The translations under genes were made by a program, and so were the position numbers. Source: Bacteroidia bacterium (GTDB lineage Bacteria; Bacteroidota; Bacteroidia; UKL13-3). Taken from it: a DNA stretch of 64,000 bases. Each line of letters opens with the position of its first letter. Positions within the stretch are counted from its first letter, which is position 1. The DNA lies in assembly GCA_041675505.1 (NCBI GenBank), contig JBAYTR010000010.1, forward strand, positions 67,895 through 131,894, in the 5' to 3' direction. Of the stretch, positions 1-10,865 are shown piece after piece. A model generated the notes under the pieces. That model was not told where the DNA came from. It saw only the letters and a list, made by a program, of their open reading frames with translations, and made no database searches.

Positions 1-2306
1 TTGTTGGGGGTATTCAGTACGGGATGGTTGGGTAATTCAAAGTTTACTTTCGCTTCTTCATCTGTAATACGTTCGCGGGTAATTTTAAATTTATACGGAC
101 CGATATCACTGCTCAGCGGACCGGCCCAGCTGTTGGTGTTGTACTGCACAATGAGGTTGCCGCCATTGGCCACGTAGTCCATTAGTTTTTGTTTGAACGC
201 AGGTAGTTTTTCGTTGGTGTTGTAGGCGCGCACACCGGTAATAATAGCCTCAAACTGATTGAGGTTTTCTTTGGCCAGCATATCATCTGTAAGGGTGATT
301 ACCTCATAACCCAATTGTGTTAAACATGGTGCCACCTCATCACCTGCACCGGGGATGTAACCAATGCGCTTGAGTTTTTTCTTTACATCCAAACGAATGA
401 GTTTTATTTCTGCTTCAGGGAATAGTGTTTGAATAGGAATGTGGTCGTATTTAATTTCTTTGATGCCCTTGGAGTAGGACTTGCCCAGATAAGAGGCCGA
501 AGAAGTAATGGTAACTTCAGCCTGAGTGGCCGGTGGTGTTACCATAAATGTAAATGTTTTTTCATCACCCTTTTTCTTCAGCTCGTATGAAGCACTTACC
601 GGAATACATTTCCAGCCGTTAGGTGTGTTTAATTTTACCTCCCCCCGAAGGCTGTCCTTTCCTGCTTTTACACTAACCTTTACCTCTTTTGCTGCATTAA
701 TAGGGAAGGCCACAACATCGTTTACTACATTCACCATTATGGGTGGCGTAATCACAAGTGGTCTATACAGTTCTCCCTTTTCTGGGTCGACCCATTTGTA
801 TTGAAATAAGGATGTTTTTGGGCCCCAATAAGTGTCCTGTGTTTTGAAACCCACGGACCCCAACGGTATGGTTTTACTATGCTCATTTACTTCATTTATG
901 CCACGAGACAAAAGGGGAACATTGAACAAGTTGTTTTTTAATTTAGAATTTAACCAATAAGGATTTAATGGAGGGTTATCAATTGGAATAGCCATTTTGT
1001 GACTAAAAGAAACAATGCTATTCTCCTTAATTATACTGTCATCTGGGCTGAGAAAAAGACTTTGCTGCACACCGTGGCCCCACGAGAAACTAATTGGATC
1101 AATAATATAAACATTCGAAAGGATGATTGGTAAACGGGACCGATTCAAAATGCTTATTGTAAAAAGGCTTTCATCTGAAGACAAAGTATGACTTTTTGTT
1201 GTTGTCTCAACGTACACACCATGCAGATTGGCTATACAATCCCCCAAGGCCATTAGTGTTAGAGGTTCAACAAGAACTTTATTTTGAATTTTATCAAACT
1301 TGGCCAACCTTTTATAGTCTGCTTTTGTTATAAGAAGATTTTGAGCCGACAGAATTAAATCACTGGAGTTCGCTGGATTATTTGGGTCAAAAGAAGATAT
1401 TGCTCTTGTTAGTATTTCCGATATTTTCTCCCCCCCCTTCACCCTCTTCCACGTAAAATCAATTCCCTCAAAAATATCTTTCAATCCTGCCGTATCACCT
1501 TTAACGGGTTTGAAGTATTCAAAATATTCACCCCGTTGTTTGGCGCTTCCAAAGCCCTGGCTCTTGTGCATGCTGCGGCTTTCAGCGGCTATTTCTCCGT
1601 AACTTTTTCCCAGCAACGGATTGTAACCACCCACATCCAATTTGATAAACGCACTCATGTCGGCATTGGGGTCGCGAAAGCGGTTGGTGGCGTTGTAAAA
1701 CAACCTGCGGGGCTGCCACACTTCTACATGTTGCAGTTGTTCAGGAAAACGTTTGGGGTCTCCGGCTGCGTCAAAAGCCTCTTCAGCTAAAATGGCCGAG
1801 GCCGTGTGGTGTCCGTGTCCACCGCTGCCATCTGTAGCAAAGCGGGTAATGATAATATCAGGACGAAAGTTGCGAATCACCCACACCACGTCACTCAGCA
1901 CCGAGTCTTTGTTCCACTTTTTAAATGTTTCTTCAGGCGTTTTGCTGTAACCAAAATCATAGGCGCGGGTAAAAAACTGTTCGCCACCGTCAATTCTTCG
2001 GGCAGCTAAAAGTTCCTGTGTGCGTATCACACCTAACTCCACACCTTGCTCCGGGCCAATAAGGTTTTGTCCACCATCACCGCGGGTAAGGCTGAGGTAA
2101 CCGGTGCGCAAACATTTTTCGTTGGCGAGGTAAGCTATCAGGCGTGTATTTTCATCATCAGGGTGCGCAGCAATGTAGAGCACGCTGCCCACAGTGTTCA
2201 ACTTTTTAAGTTGCAATAAAATTTCAGAGGAAGTATACGAGCGCGGTGGTTGTGCGTGTAAAACACCCCACCACAAAAAGACAACTATAAAAGCAATACG
2301 TTTCAT
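1..2306 (-). CDS. PIG-L/LmbE family deacetylase fused to a large C-terminal domain; 3' end lies outside the window, so it is absent from the ORF track
   Basis: My own translation of the minus strand from the ATG at 2304-2306 gives MKRIAFIVVFLWWGVLHAQ (signal peptide) and then ...YIAAHPDDENTRLIAYL..., the LmbE/PIG-L metal-binding motif. The reading frame stays open to position 1. Confidence 0.65.
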   Translation of the reverse strand, partial: MKRIAFIVVFLWWGVLHAQPPRSYTSSEILLQLKKLNTVGSVLYIAAHPDDENTRLIAYLANEKCLRTGYLSLTRGDGGQNLIGPEQGVELGVIRTQELLAARRIDGGEQFFTRAYDFGYSKTPEETFKKWNKDSVLSDVVWVIRNFRPDIIITRFATDGSGGHGHHTASAILAEEAFDAAGDPKRFPEQLQHVEVWQPRRLFYNATNRFRDPNADMSAFIKLDVGGYNPLLGKSYGEIAAESRSMHKSQGFGSAKQRGEYFEYFKPVKGDTAGLKDIFEGIDFTWKRVKGGEKISEILTRAISSFDPNNPANSSDLILSAQNLLITKADYKRLAKFDKIQNKVLVEPLTLMALGDCIANLHGVYVETTTKSHTLSSDESLFTISILNRSRLPIILSNVYIIDPISFSWGHGVQQSLFLSPDDSIIKENSIVSFSHKMAIPIDNPPLNPYWLNSKLKNNLFNVPLLSRGINEVNEHSKTIPLGSVGFKTQDTYWGPKTSLFQYKWVDPEKGELYRPLVITPPIMVNVVNDVVAFPINAAKEVKVSVKAGKDSLRGEVKLNTPNGWKCIPVSASYELKKKGDEKTFTFMVTPPATQAEVTITSSASYLGKSYSKGIKEIKYDHIPIQTLFPEAEIKLIRLDVKKKLKRIGYIPGAGDEVAPCLTQLGYEVITLTDDMLAKENLNQFEAIITGVRAYNTNEKLPAFKQKLMDYVANGGNLIVQYNTNSWAGPLSSDIGPYKFKITRERITDEEAKVNFELPNHPVLNTPN

Positions 2307-2351
2307 ACAATTGGAATACAAGGGTTGAACAGATAAATGCGGGAAAGGGTT

Positions 2352-5294
2352 TTAGTCTTCGCAGTGGTAGTTGCGAGGCGGGCGCGAGCGACCTTCGCGG
2401 GCGGGTTCTCCGGCTGCCTGTGCTTCGAGCATTTTTTTAAACAGCCAGTTGCGTAACTCTATGTTTTGTTGGTAGAGTTTCAGGTCTTCTTCTGCATCAA
2501 AATACCGTTTGCCGTCTATCCAGGTTTTTTCTACTTTAGCGTAAATACTCAGGGGGTCGTTGCTCCACAATACCACGTCAGCATCTTTACCTACTTTAAT
2601 ACTCCCTACGCGGTTATCTACGTGCAGCATTTTAGCCGGGTTGAGTGTAACCATTTTCCAGGCTTCTTCTCTGCTCATGTTGCAGTAGCGGATACTCTTG
2701 GCCGCCTCCTGATTAAGTCTGCGACCCATTTCGGCATCATCGCTGTTAATGGCTGTGGTTACTCCGGCTTTGGTAAGTAAGCACGCATTCTGCGGAATGG
2801 CATCAATTACTTCGTATTTGTAGGCCCACCAATCACTAAAGGTGCTGGCCGAGGCTCCGTGTTTTTTCATTTCATCGGCTACTTTGTAACCCTCCAGAAT
2901 GTGTGTGAACGTATTGACCTTAAACCCGAGTGAATCGGCCACGCGCATCAGCATGGAAATTTCAGATTGCACATACGAGTGGCAGGTGATGAATCTTTTT
3001 TTGTTGAGAATTTCATTCAGTGTTTCCATTTCCAAATCGGTACGGAAAGGTGTTTTGTTTTTAACAGCGGCTGATTTGTCGAGCGCATATTGTTTGGCGC
3101 GTGTAAAATCATTCACCATCACCTGCTCTACGCCCATGCGGGTTTGCGGGAACCTGAATGTAGGATCGTTCCAACCTCCGCGTTTTACATTTTCACCTAA
3201 TGCGAATTTGATAAAGCCATCAGCTCCTTCAAATTTCATTTGCTCGGGCAAGGCACCCCAACGCAGTTTAATGAGTTGAGATTGTCCGCCAATGGGGTTG
3301 CAGGAACCGTGCAGCAATTGCGCACCCGTTACCCCACCGGCCAGCTGACGGTAGATGTTGATGTCTTCATTGTCGACCACATCACCTATGCGCACTTCGG
3401 CTGTGTTGCTGTGGGTACATTCATTCACTCCGTTATCAATGGCAATGTGTGAATGTTCGTCAATTATACCGTTGGCCAAATGTTTATTGGTTCCGTCAAG
3501 AGTGGTGTAATTGCTCTTGCCGAAAATGCCGGCAGCATTCAGCTTTTTACCTACCGCAGCAATTTTTCCGTCTTTGATGGCCACATCGGTTTGTTCCAGA
3601 ATACCCTCCACTTCATTGGTCCACACGGTTGTGTTTTGTATGAGTACGTTGTCGTAATTCGGAAGGGTAGTTCTGCCGTAATCACCAAACGGGTAGCTCA
3701 CGCGGAATACGGAATCAACTTTATTTTCTTTGACTTTCTTTTTATCCTCGGGCGCAGCTTTTTTTGTTCCGTTCACTTGTTGCGCCAGGTAAACCAAAGC
3801 AATTTCTTTGGCTTCGGGCAAGGCGGCATCGGTAAGTTCTTTTATCCATCCGGTAACCGACAAGGCGTTTTTCGAACACTGGCAAATGGCAGCAAAACCT
3901 TTGCTTCCCTGCACATATTCCAAAGTGCCTTTGCAACTGTCGTTGCTCAGTTTCAGTTCTACGCTGTTGCCTTTAACCGTAAAAGTTCCGTTGTTACTAA
4001 GGGCAAAAGTTCCCTCCAGCATTTTTTTGTTTTTACCGGGAAGAACGTGCTGCTCACCTTTAATCCAGTGCTCGGTAATTTCAAAATCTTCTTCACCCAA
4101 AGGTGTGGTGGCGATAAAAAAGTTGGCCAGTTTTCCTGCGGCAATGCTGCCGGTTATATCTTCTATTTTGAGTAGGCGTGCCGGTTCAGTACACAAGGCT
4201 TTCACCAGGTCGGTTGCATTCAGGCCGCCTGATTGTACCTTGGCTAAGTTTTTCCAGAAAGTTTCTTTATCCAATCCTTCGGCAGTGAAGGCAAAGGGCA
4301 CGTTGTTTTGTTTGAGTATGGAGGCGTTTTTAGGTGCCATGTACCAATGCAGCAAATCAGCGGTGTTGATGAACTCGGCCATCTCAGCACTTTGTATGTT
4401 GTAGGTTTTCGGAAGTTGTAAAGGCACAATAAATGAGGCTCCGGTTTGTTTCAGTTCAGCGGCCCATTGGTACTCCGTACCGTTGCCTTTTACAATCCAG
4501 TTTTTGTTAAACTCTTTGGCAATTTTTAATGCACGCAAAGCTGATTGTTTGCTTTCCACTTCAAATATCACGGGTAAATTCTGCAGCTGATTAAAACGCT
4601 CCAGGGTGTAGTTGTACTCCAGTTTGTTTCCGCCCGCAGCATACCATTGCGCATCTAAATGTGTTTGACGCAACAAGGCGATTGAACCCATCAATGAAGA
4701 AGGATATTGATTGGGTGAGGTACCCTTATCAAAAGAATAATGCAAGGCCGATTGTTTGCGCAAAACAAGTTCGTTATCGGGTTTATTACCGGGTAACACC
4801 AACGTTGATGCACCGCGCACAATGCCGTCACGCACAAAGGAAGATACACAGCCGTAACCCATTTCGAGCAGTTGTTTCCATTGCTTATCATCGGGTTCAA
4901 AATGTTCAAAGGCATCTACATCGCTGCGGATAGCTTCGTTCCAACCCAGTGCGGCTTTTTTCGGAGCATTGTTTTTATCTGTTTTTTGGTTGATGCCGTA
5001 GGTGCTGAACGGGTCAATAAAAGAAGGATAAATCCACTGGCCTTTTACATCGGTTACTACGGCATCCGTTGGAATAACAACTCCTTTGCCCGCTGCCACA
5101 ATTTTACCGCCACGGATAACCAGTGTATAATCCAATCCTGTAGTTTGTTCATTGAGCTGTATGTTGGCATGGGTAAACGCAAAGCACGTAAGCTTAGGAT
5201 CTTTAACAGTTAACTGTGGAAAGGAGGGTTGAGCAAAAACGAAGACAGGGAAAAGTGCGGTAAACACTACCGCCAGCAGTTTATTTTTTATCAT
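2352..5294 (-). CDS. two-domain amidohydrolase family protein (secreted); probable start at the internal Met giving MIKNKLLAVVF...
   Basis: 992-aa ORF with a signal peptide, HSHIAIDNG metal-binding motif, and amidohydrolase-like segments in both halves. I moved the start to 5294 to remove overlap with the upstream gene. Confidence 0.65.
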   Translation of the reverse strand: MIKNKLLAVVFTALFPVFVFAQPSFPQLTVKDPKLTCFAFTHANIQLNEQTTGLDYTLVIRGGKIVAAGKGVVIPTDAVVTDVKGQWIYPSFIDPFSTYGINQKTDKNNAPKKAALGWNEAIRSDVDAFEHFEPDDKQWKQLLEMGYGCVSSFVRDGIVRGASTLVLPGNKPDNELVLRKQSALHYSFDKGTSPNQYPSSLMGSIALLRQTHLDAQWYAAGGNKLEYNYTLERFNQLQNLPVIFEVESKQSALRALKIAKEFNKNWIVKGNGTEYQWAAELKQTGASFIVPLQLPKTYNIQSAEMAEFINTADLLHWYMAPKNASILKQNNVPFAFTAEGLDKETFWKNLAKVQSGGLNATDLVKALCTEPARLLKIEDITGSIAAGKLANFFIATTPLGEEDFEITEHWIKGEQHVLPGKNKKMLEGTFALSNNGTFTVKGNSVELKLSNDSCKGTLEYVQGSKGFAAICQCSKNALSVTGWIKELTDAALPEAKEIALVYLAQQVNGTKKAAPEDKKKVKENKVDSVFRVSYPFGDYGRTTLPNYDNVLIQNTTVWTNEVEGILEQTDVAIKDGKIAAVGKKLNAAGIFGKSNYTTLDGTNKHLANGIIDEHSHIAIDNGVNECTHSNTAEVRIGDVVDNEDINIYRQLAGGVTGAQLLHGSCNPIGGQSQLIKLRWGALPEQMKFEGADGFIKFALGENVKRGGWNDPTFRFPQTRMGVEQVMVNDFTRAKQYALDKSAAVKNKTPFRTDLEMETLNEILNKKRFITCHSYVQSEISMLMRVADSLGFKVNTFTHILEGYKVADEMKKHGASASTFSDWWAYKYEVIDAIPQNACLLTKAGVTTAINSDDAEMGRRLNQEAAKSIRYCNMSREEAWKMVTLNPAKMLHVDNRVGSIKVGKDADVVLWSNDPLSIYAKVEKTWIDGKRYFDAEEDLKLYQQNIELRNWLFKKMLEAQAAGEPAREGRSRPPRNYHCED

Positions 5295-6651
5295 GTTGTT
5301 CTCTCCACAATTCATTGAATGATTTGGCACTTAGTTCAGGAAACACCCTGCGCTCTCCCCAGCTGCTTTTAAACAACGATTTAATGAGGAAACCTTTAAT
5401 GCTAGGGGCGCGGTTCATTTTTTTGCGATCGAGCATGGCTTTTTTCCAGGCTATCCACATCAGCTTTTCGCTGGTTTTACCATGACCCTCATCTACAAAA
5501 TCTTTTCTGTTGGCCAGCAGTGTTTGGTGTATGGGAATGTTTACCGGGCACACATCGGTACAGGCCCCGCAAAGGGTGGAGGCGTGGCTCAGGTGCTTGA
5601 ATTCTTTGGCACCAAATTGCAACGGACTCACTACTGAGCCGATGGGTCCGATGTTGGTGCTTTCATATCCATGTCCGCCAATGGTTTTAAAAATGGGGCA
5701 CACATTGGAGCAGGCACCGCAACGAATGCATTTTAGCGCTGCCCGTTGTTCCTGTTTTTCGAGTACGTTGGTGCGGCCGTTGTCCAGCAGTATCACATAC
5801 ATTTCAGCAGGTCCGTCTCCTTCGTCCTGAAAACGCGGACCCATAAAAAGAGAGTTGTAAGTCGTGAGGTTTTGTCCGGTACCGTAAGTGGCCAGCATGG
5901 GCAGCAACACTTCCAGATCACCCATTCCCGGAATTATTTTTTCAATACCCGCCAGTACAATGTGTACCGCAGGAGCCGAAGTTCCTACACGCACATTGCC
6001 CTCGTTTTCGGTAATTACCACCGCACCGGTTTCGGCCACCAGAAAGTTGGCCCCTGTAATGCTTACCTGGGCATTGCGTAAATGTGTTTTTATATTGCCG
6101 CAGCCTTTTGCGGTAAGTTGCTCGGCTGTGGTCTCGTGGCTGTTGGGCAGATTAAATAAAGCACCTACCTCTTCCAATGATTTGTGCATGGCCGGTGTTA
6201 CCGGATGAAAAGGAGCTTCGTTGGCCAGTTGAACAATGTATTCGCCCAAATCAGTTTCGTGAACGGCTACCTGTTTTTGTGTAAAGTGTTTTTGCAAACC
6301 AATTTCTTGTGCCGTGGTTGATTTGCTTATGACAATTTCACTGGCTGCATGTTGGGTAACAATGTTTTCAATTTCGCTGAGTGCGGCAACCGCATCGGGA
6401 GCCCAAAGAACCTTCCCGCCCCTTTTGGTAAAGGCGTTTTCAAACTCCAGCAAAAACTTATCTAGGCTTTCAATGGCTCTCCACCGGGAAAAAGAGGCGC
6501 GCTCTTTGGCCAGTTCCAGCTGTTCAAACTGTGTGATTCCCTTGTGGTGTTGTACCCGATAATTGGCCAAAGCAGCATCTATCTTCTGGCGCCTTTCCGC
6601 ATCAAAAGCTGTTTTTTCAGCTAACCGAAGAAAACTTTCCAGATCTGCCAT
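5281..6651 (-). CDS. LutB/LldF-like iron-sulfur protein (LUD domain plus two 4Fe-4S ferredoxin motifs)
   Basis: Two Cys clusters: CIRCGACSNVCP and CGACTDVCP. The overall layout matches lactate-utilisation protein B-type proteins. Confidence 0.7.
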   Translation of the reverse strand: MADLESFLRLAEKTAFDAERRQKIDAALANYRVQHHKGITQFEQLELAKERASFSRWRAIESLDKFLLEFENAFTKRGGKVLWAPDAVAALSEIENIVTQHAASEIVISKSTTAQEIGLQKHFTQKQVAVHETDLGEYIVQLANEAPFHPVTPAMHKSLEEVGALFNLPNSHETTAEQLTAKGCGNIKTHLRNAQVSITGANFLVAETGAVVITENEGNVRVGTSAPAVHIVLAGIEKIIPGMGDLEVLLPMLATYGTGQNLTTYNSLFMGPRFQDEGDGPAEMYVILLDNGRTNVLEKQEQRAALKCIRCGACSNVCPIFKTIGGHGYESTNIGPIGSVVSPLQFGAKEFKHLSHASTLCGACTDVCPVNIPIHQTLLANRKDFVDEGHGKTSEKLMWIAWKKAMLDRKKMNRAPSIKGFLIKSLFKSSWGERRVFPELSAKSFNELWREQHDKK

Positions 6652-6654
6652 TCG

Positions 6655-7497
6655 CTATTTTATCACCAGGTTATCAATCAACCGAACACCGCCCAGGTGC
6701 ACGGCAACGCAAGCTACAATTTTTTGTGCATCTGCCCAAGCGAGTACGGGCAACAACTCTTCCCCTTCAGCTATCTCTACATAATCAAGGGTAAAATCAG
6801 GGTCTTGTTTAAGTAGGCTGATAATTTCTTCCCTCACTTCAGCCGGAGTGTGGCCGCTTATTTTTTGACTTCCGCCAAGCAATGCTTCATGAATACGCGT
6901 GGCTTTTTGGCGAAAGTGTGCTGATAGCAAGGTGTTGCGGGAACTCATGGCCAGTCCGTCTGTTTCGCGAATGAGCGGGCACACACGTACGTCAATATTT
7001 AAGTCAAAGTGTTTAACCAGTTTTTTCACCACCAGACACTGTTGCAGGTCCTTCTGACCAAAGTAGGCCCTATGAGGTGTCACAATATCAAACAGTCGTT
7101 TTAAAACGTTGATAACTCCGCTAAAGTGACCCGGACGGTGAGCAGCTTCCATCACCCGGTTCAGGTTGCCCAGCTCAAAGGAATAGTCGGTTGAATCCGT
7201 ATAAACATCAGCCGTTTCGGGGGCATACACCATATCGCAGCCGGTTTGTGCCAGCAGGTGCAGGTCGAGGTCAAGTGTACGCGGGTAGCTCGACAAATCC
7301 TTGGCGTTGTTGAATTGGCTGGGGTTTACAAACACACTGCACACCGTAAAATCGTTCTCGCGCTGTGAGTTTTCAATGAGCGAAAGGTGCCCCTGGTGCA
7401 GGGCTCCCATGGTAGGAACAAAGCCAATCTGTTTTCCACGCTGTTTAAGGCGGGCAATATGGGCATGTAAATCGGCTCTTAACTTAAAGACTATCAA
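6655..7497 (-). CDS. panC: pantoate--beta-alanine ligase
   Basis: N-terminus ...FVPTMGALHQGHLSLI... is the PanC HIGH-type motif region. 280 aa. Confidence 0.9.
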   Translation of the reverse strand: MIVFKLRADLHAHIARLKQRGKQIGFVPTMGALHQGHLSLIENSQRENDFTVCSVFVNPSQFNNAKDLSSYPRTLDLDLHLLAQTGCDMVYAPETADVYTDSTDYSFELGNLNRVMEAAHRPGHFSGVINVLKRLFDIVTPHRAYFGQKDLQQCLVVKKLVKHFDLNIDVRVCPLIRETDGLAMSSRNTLLSAHFRQKATRIHEALLGGSQKISGHTPAEVREEIISLLKQDPDFTLDYVEIAEGEELLPVLAWADAQKIVACVAVHLGGVRLIDNLVIK

Positions 7498-7611
7498 TGA
7501 TTAAGGTGGTGTTAAACGGTCGCTCCCCAAAGAAAAACTGACAAATTTATACGCAAAGTCTGCAGATTTTTATATATTTTTGCACACTAATTTCATTTAA
7601 CTACACATCTT

Positions 7612-8451
7612 ATGGTAAAAAGTTCTAATCGTAAACGAGTTCTCTTCGTTTCTTCAGAGATGAGTCCCTTTCTAAAAGTTTCCAGTGTAGCCGAGTTAGC
7701 CCGCAGTCTCCCGCAAGCCATTCAGGAAAAAGACAACGAGATTCGTGTGCTAATGCCACGTTTCGGTTGTATCAATGAACGCAGAAACCGTTTGCACGAA
7801 GTTGTAAGGCTCTCCGGTATCAACATTACCATTGACGACAACGACAACCCGCTTACTATTAAAGTAGCTTCATTACCTGAAGCCAAAATGCAGGTTTATT
7901 TTCTTGATAACGAGGATTATTTCCACCGCAAGTTTGTTTACGCCAACGAAAAAGAAGAGTTTTATGCCGACAATGATGAGCGTACTATTTTCTTTTGCAA
8001 AGGCGCCCTCGAAACAGTTAAAAAATTAGGCTGGGCCCCTGATATTATTCATTGCCAGGGTTGGATGACCAGTCTTATTCCGCTTTACATTAAAACCATT
8101 TACAAAGACGAACCCGTTTTCCGTAATGCTAAAATTGTGTTCTCGGTATTTGAAAACGAATTTGAAGCCAATCTGGGCAAAGACTTCGGACGCAAAGCCA
8201 GCTTGAACAACATAGACGCTAAACAAATGGGTACCTTCAAAGACGGAGATTGCCAGAGTTTATACATGGGCGCTATTGAGCATGCTGATGCCATTGTAAA
8301 ATGCAGCGATAATATAGATCCTAAGGTGGTGAAACAGCTTACTGCACAAACCAAAAAAGGTACGGTAGTATTGGAGCACGCTGAGAATGGTGATGGTTTT
8401 GCAGATAGATACACCGACTTGTATGATGCCCTTCTTGTCAGACAGAACTAA
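7612..8451 (+). CDS. glycogen/starch synthase family protein (GT5 N-terminal-domain-only form, about 279 aa)
   Basis: MVKSSNRKRVLFVSSEMSPFLKVSS...LP resembles the N-terminus of bacterial glycogen synthase (GlgA, Glyco_transf_5). The protein is too short for a full GlgA. This short form is commonly found next to panC in Bacteroidota. Confidence 0.55.
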   Translation: MVKSSNRKRVLFVSSEMSPFLKVSSVAELARSLPQAIQEKDNEIRVLMPRFGCINERRNRLHEVVRLSGINITIDDNDNPLTIKVASLPEAKMQVYFLDNEDYFHRKFVYANEKEEFYADNDERTIFFCKGALETVKKLGWAPDIIHCQGWMTSLIPLYIKTIYKDEPVFRNAKIVFSVFENEFEANLGKDFGRKASLNNIDAKQMGTFKDGDCQSLYMGAIEHADAIVKCSDNIDPKVVKQLTAQTKKGTVVLEHAENGDGFADRYTDLYDALLVRQN

Positions 8452-9763
8452 ACTCCACCGACTTTTTCTTTTTGCACTTCTTCTTTTTTCCTTCGCCTGT
8501 AAAAAAACAGACGAAGGATTTATAGGGGGAGACATTTTGCCCGCAAGTGACAACCTTAACTTTGTGGCAACCGATACATTTTCATTGTTGATGTATACGG
8601 TAAAAGATGATTCAGTACGAACAGACGAACGCTCTGTTAACCCGCTCGGTTTTATACACGACCCCTACTTTGGCCGTACCCAAAGCTCCATTTACACTCA
8701 GATTCGTTTGCCGGAGAACAACCTTAATTTTTCTGCGGTAAAGCTCGACTCCATTGTGCTTACGCTTAAGTACCAGAACAAAACAGCCTCCTACGGAAAC
8801 ACCGCCACTACTCAAACCATCAAGGTGTATGAGTTAAGCAACTCGTTGTACATTGACAGTGTTTATTACTCCAATGCCCGCCCCGCTTATTACCCGCAGG
8901 AAATTGGCAGCTGGACCGGCAAGTTTAACCTTAACGACAGCATTACACTCCAACACGGTAGCAAAACCAGAAAATTACCTCCGCATTTACGCATCAGAAT
9001 AACCAACAATGCCTTTATTGACAAAATAAAAAACGGAGGTACCAGCTTTTCAACCAACGAGGCGTTTATCAACTACATGAAAGGCCTGGCCATTGTGCCG
9101 CACGACTTTGCCATTAACCCCGGTGAAGGAGCCGTAGTGAACATGGATTTGGTGTCAACGGTTTCTAACCTTACCATTTATTACAACGACTCCCTGTACA
9201 AAGACCTGCTCATTAATGAGAACTCCCCGCGCTTAAGCAGTTATGAGCATAACTATTTCGGTACTGCACTTTCTTTGCAACTGGGTTTGAAACAACACCG
9301 CGATACCTGCTACGCACAATCCATGGGTAGTGTAAAAACATTTTTTAAAGTACCCCACATTCTTGACCTGATTAAGAAAAACGGGAACAAAGCCGTAACC
9401 GTTGCTGCAGCTGAACTTACCGTGCCGGTTCTTCCCGGAGCAGGTACAGCGCAATACGGTTTACCGTTGGAGGTTTTCTTTGTTACGGCTGATTCAACGG
9501 GCAAAAACTTCACGTTACCCGGAGGAATTTTAATCGGCTATTCAGGAAAATACAACGCTACTAAAACAGCCATTACAGTTAACCTGAGTTCTTATTTTCA
9601 AAGCATATTGAACGCGTACAAAAAATCAGGCATTGAAAAGGATTACGGCTTGTACATAGTGCCTTCCTATAATTATTCAGGCATGGAGCGAATTGTGTTT
9701 AATACCAATAAATTTGCACCCCTTCCACCGAAACTTAAATTGACCTATAGCGTTATTCAATAG
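8423..9763 (+). CDS. DUF4270-like lipoprotein
   Basis: From the internal start MMPF, the sequence has a hydrophobic leader ending ...FSFAC (lipobox). The ORF-track start at 8387 overlaps the upstream gene and lacks a leader. The position after panC and the short glycogen synthase matches the usual DUF4270 context. Confidence 0.5.
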   Translation: MMPFLSDRTKLHRLFLFALLLFSFACKKTDEGFIGGDILPASDNLNFVATDTFSLLMYTVKDDSVRTDERSVNPLGFIHDPYFGRTQSSIYTQIRLPENNLNFSAVKLDSIVLTLKYQNKTASYGNTATTQTIKVYELSNSLYIDSVYYSNARPAYYPQEIGSWTGKFNLNDSITLQHGSKTRKLPPHLRIRITNNAFIDKIKNGGTSFSTNEAFINYMKGLAIVPHDFAINPGEGAVVNMDLVSTVSNLTIYYNDSLYKDLLINENSPRLSSYEHNYFGTALSLQLGLKQHRDTCYAQSMGSVKTFFKVPHILDLIKKNGNKAVTVAAAELTVPVLPGAGTAQYGLPLEVFFVTADSTGKNFTLPGGILIGYSGKYNATKTAITVNLSSYFQSILNAYKKSGIEKDYGLYIVPSYNYSGMERIVFNTNKFAPLPPKLKLTYSVIQ

Positions 9764-10821
9764 TGGTTATAGTACTTGATAAAAACATTACACGAGAAGA
9801 TGCGGCAGCTATACTGTTGCGCTTAGAGGGTTACGGACTAAAGAATCATGCGGTTCACCTCAACGGGCAATCGGTTATTACCGTTTCCAACTTTCCGGCT
9901 GATTTTGATATCCGCAAAATTCAATTAATTGACGGAGTAAAAGAGGTGGTTGAAGTAAGCGAGCCATATAAACTGGCCAGCAAAAGCTGGAAAAAAGAAC
10001 GCACCTCCTTTAACGTAAACGGAACTCCCGTAGGTACCGATACCATTAACGTAATGGCCGGCCCTTGCGCAGTAGAGTCGGAAAAACAGATTTTTGAGAT
10101 TGCTGAATTTCTTCATCAACAGAACATAAAATTTATTCGCGGTGGAGCTTACAAGCCCCGCACCTCTCCTTACTCTTTTCAGGGTTTAGGATTGGAAGGA
10201 CTCAAAATGTTGAGGGCCGCAGCAGATAAGTACCAACTCAATGTAATTACCGAAGTAATTGATTTGAGCGTACTGGACGAGGTATACAAGTATGCTGATG
10301 TGTTGCAGATAGGCACACGCAATATGCAAAACTATTACTTGCTGGCTGAACTGGGTAAACAAGACAAACCCGTTCTTTTGAAACGAGGCATGCAGGCCAA
10401 AATACCGGAATGGTTGATGGCTGCAGAATACATACTTTCAGGAGGAAATGAGCGCGTTATTTTGTGCGAGCGCGGCATACGTACTTTTGATAACAGCACC
10501 CGCAATACTCTCGACATCGGAGCAATTCCGTTGGTGAAAGAACTGAGTCACCTGCCTGTTTTTGCCGACCCCAGCCACGGCACCGGTATTCGTACCCGTG
10601 TTGAACCACTGGCACTGGCTGCTGTTGCTGCCGGAGCAGATGGTTTACTTATTGAAGTACACAATCACCCCGACCAGGCTCTGTCTGACGGACCTCAATC
10701 CATCTATCCCGATCAGCTGGTGCAGCTCATGAACAAACTCTCACCGTTGGCACAAGTTATCGGCAGAAAGTTAGATTATGAATCGCAAAACAATTATTTT
10801 AGTGCCGAATCTGCGCAGTAG
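9763..10821 (+). CDS. 3-deoxy-7-phosphoheptulonate (DAHP) synthase, KDO8PS-like class with an N-terminal regulatory domain
   Basis: Core ...[14 protein letters not shown]...[21 protein letters not shown]...[13 protein letters not shown]...LLKRG...FADPSHG... matches type I-beta DAHPS/KDO8PS signatures. Confidence 0.8.
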   Translation: MVIVLDKNITREDAAAILLRLEGYGLKNHAVHLNGQSVITVSNFPADFDIRKIQLIDGVKEVVEVSEPYKLASKSWKKERTSFNVNGTPVGTDTINVMAGPCAVESEKQIFEIAEFLHQQNIKFIRGGAYKPRTSPYSFQGLGLEGLKMLRAAADKYQLNVITEVIDLSVLDEVYKYADVLQIGTRNMQNYYLLAELGKQDKPVLLKRGMQAKIPEWLMAAEYILSGGNERVILCERGIRTFDNSTRNTLDIGAIPLVKELSHLPVFADPSHGTGIRTRVEPLALAAVAAGADGLLIEVHNHPDQALSDGPQSIYPDQLVQLMNKLSPLAQVIGRKLDYESQNNYFSAESAQ

Positions 10822-10865
10822 CACAGACTAAACCAACCCTACTTAACTTTAATTACTGACTAACT

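Noticed and set aside
2466-5213. Many 60-240-aa plus-strand ORFs (2466, 2899, 3240, 3453, 3808, 4661, 4872 and others) inside the amidohydrolase gene
   Set aside because: Entirely antisense to, or out of frame within, a 992-aa gene with clear family motifs. Translations are low-complexity with no motifs. Typical shadow ORFs.
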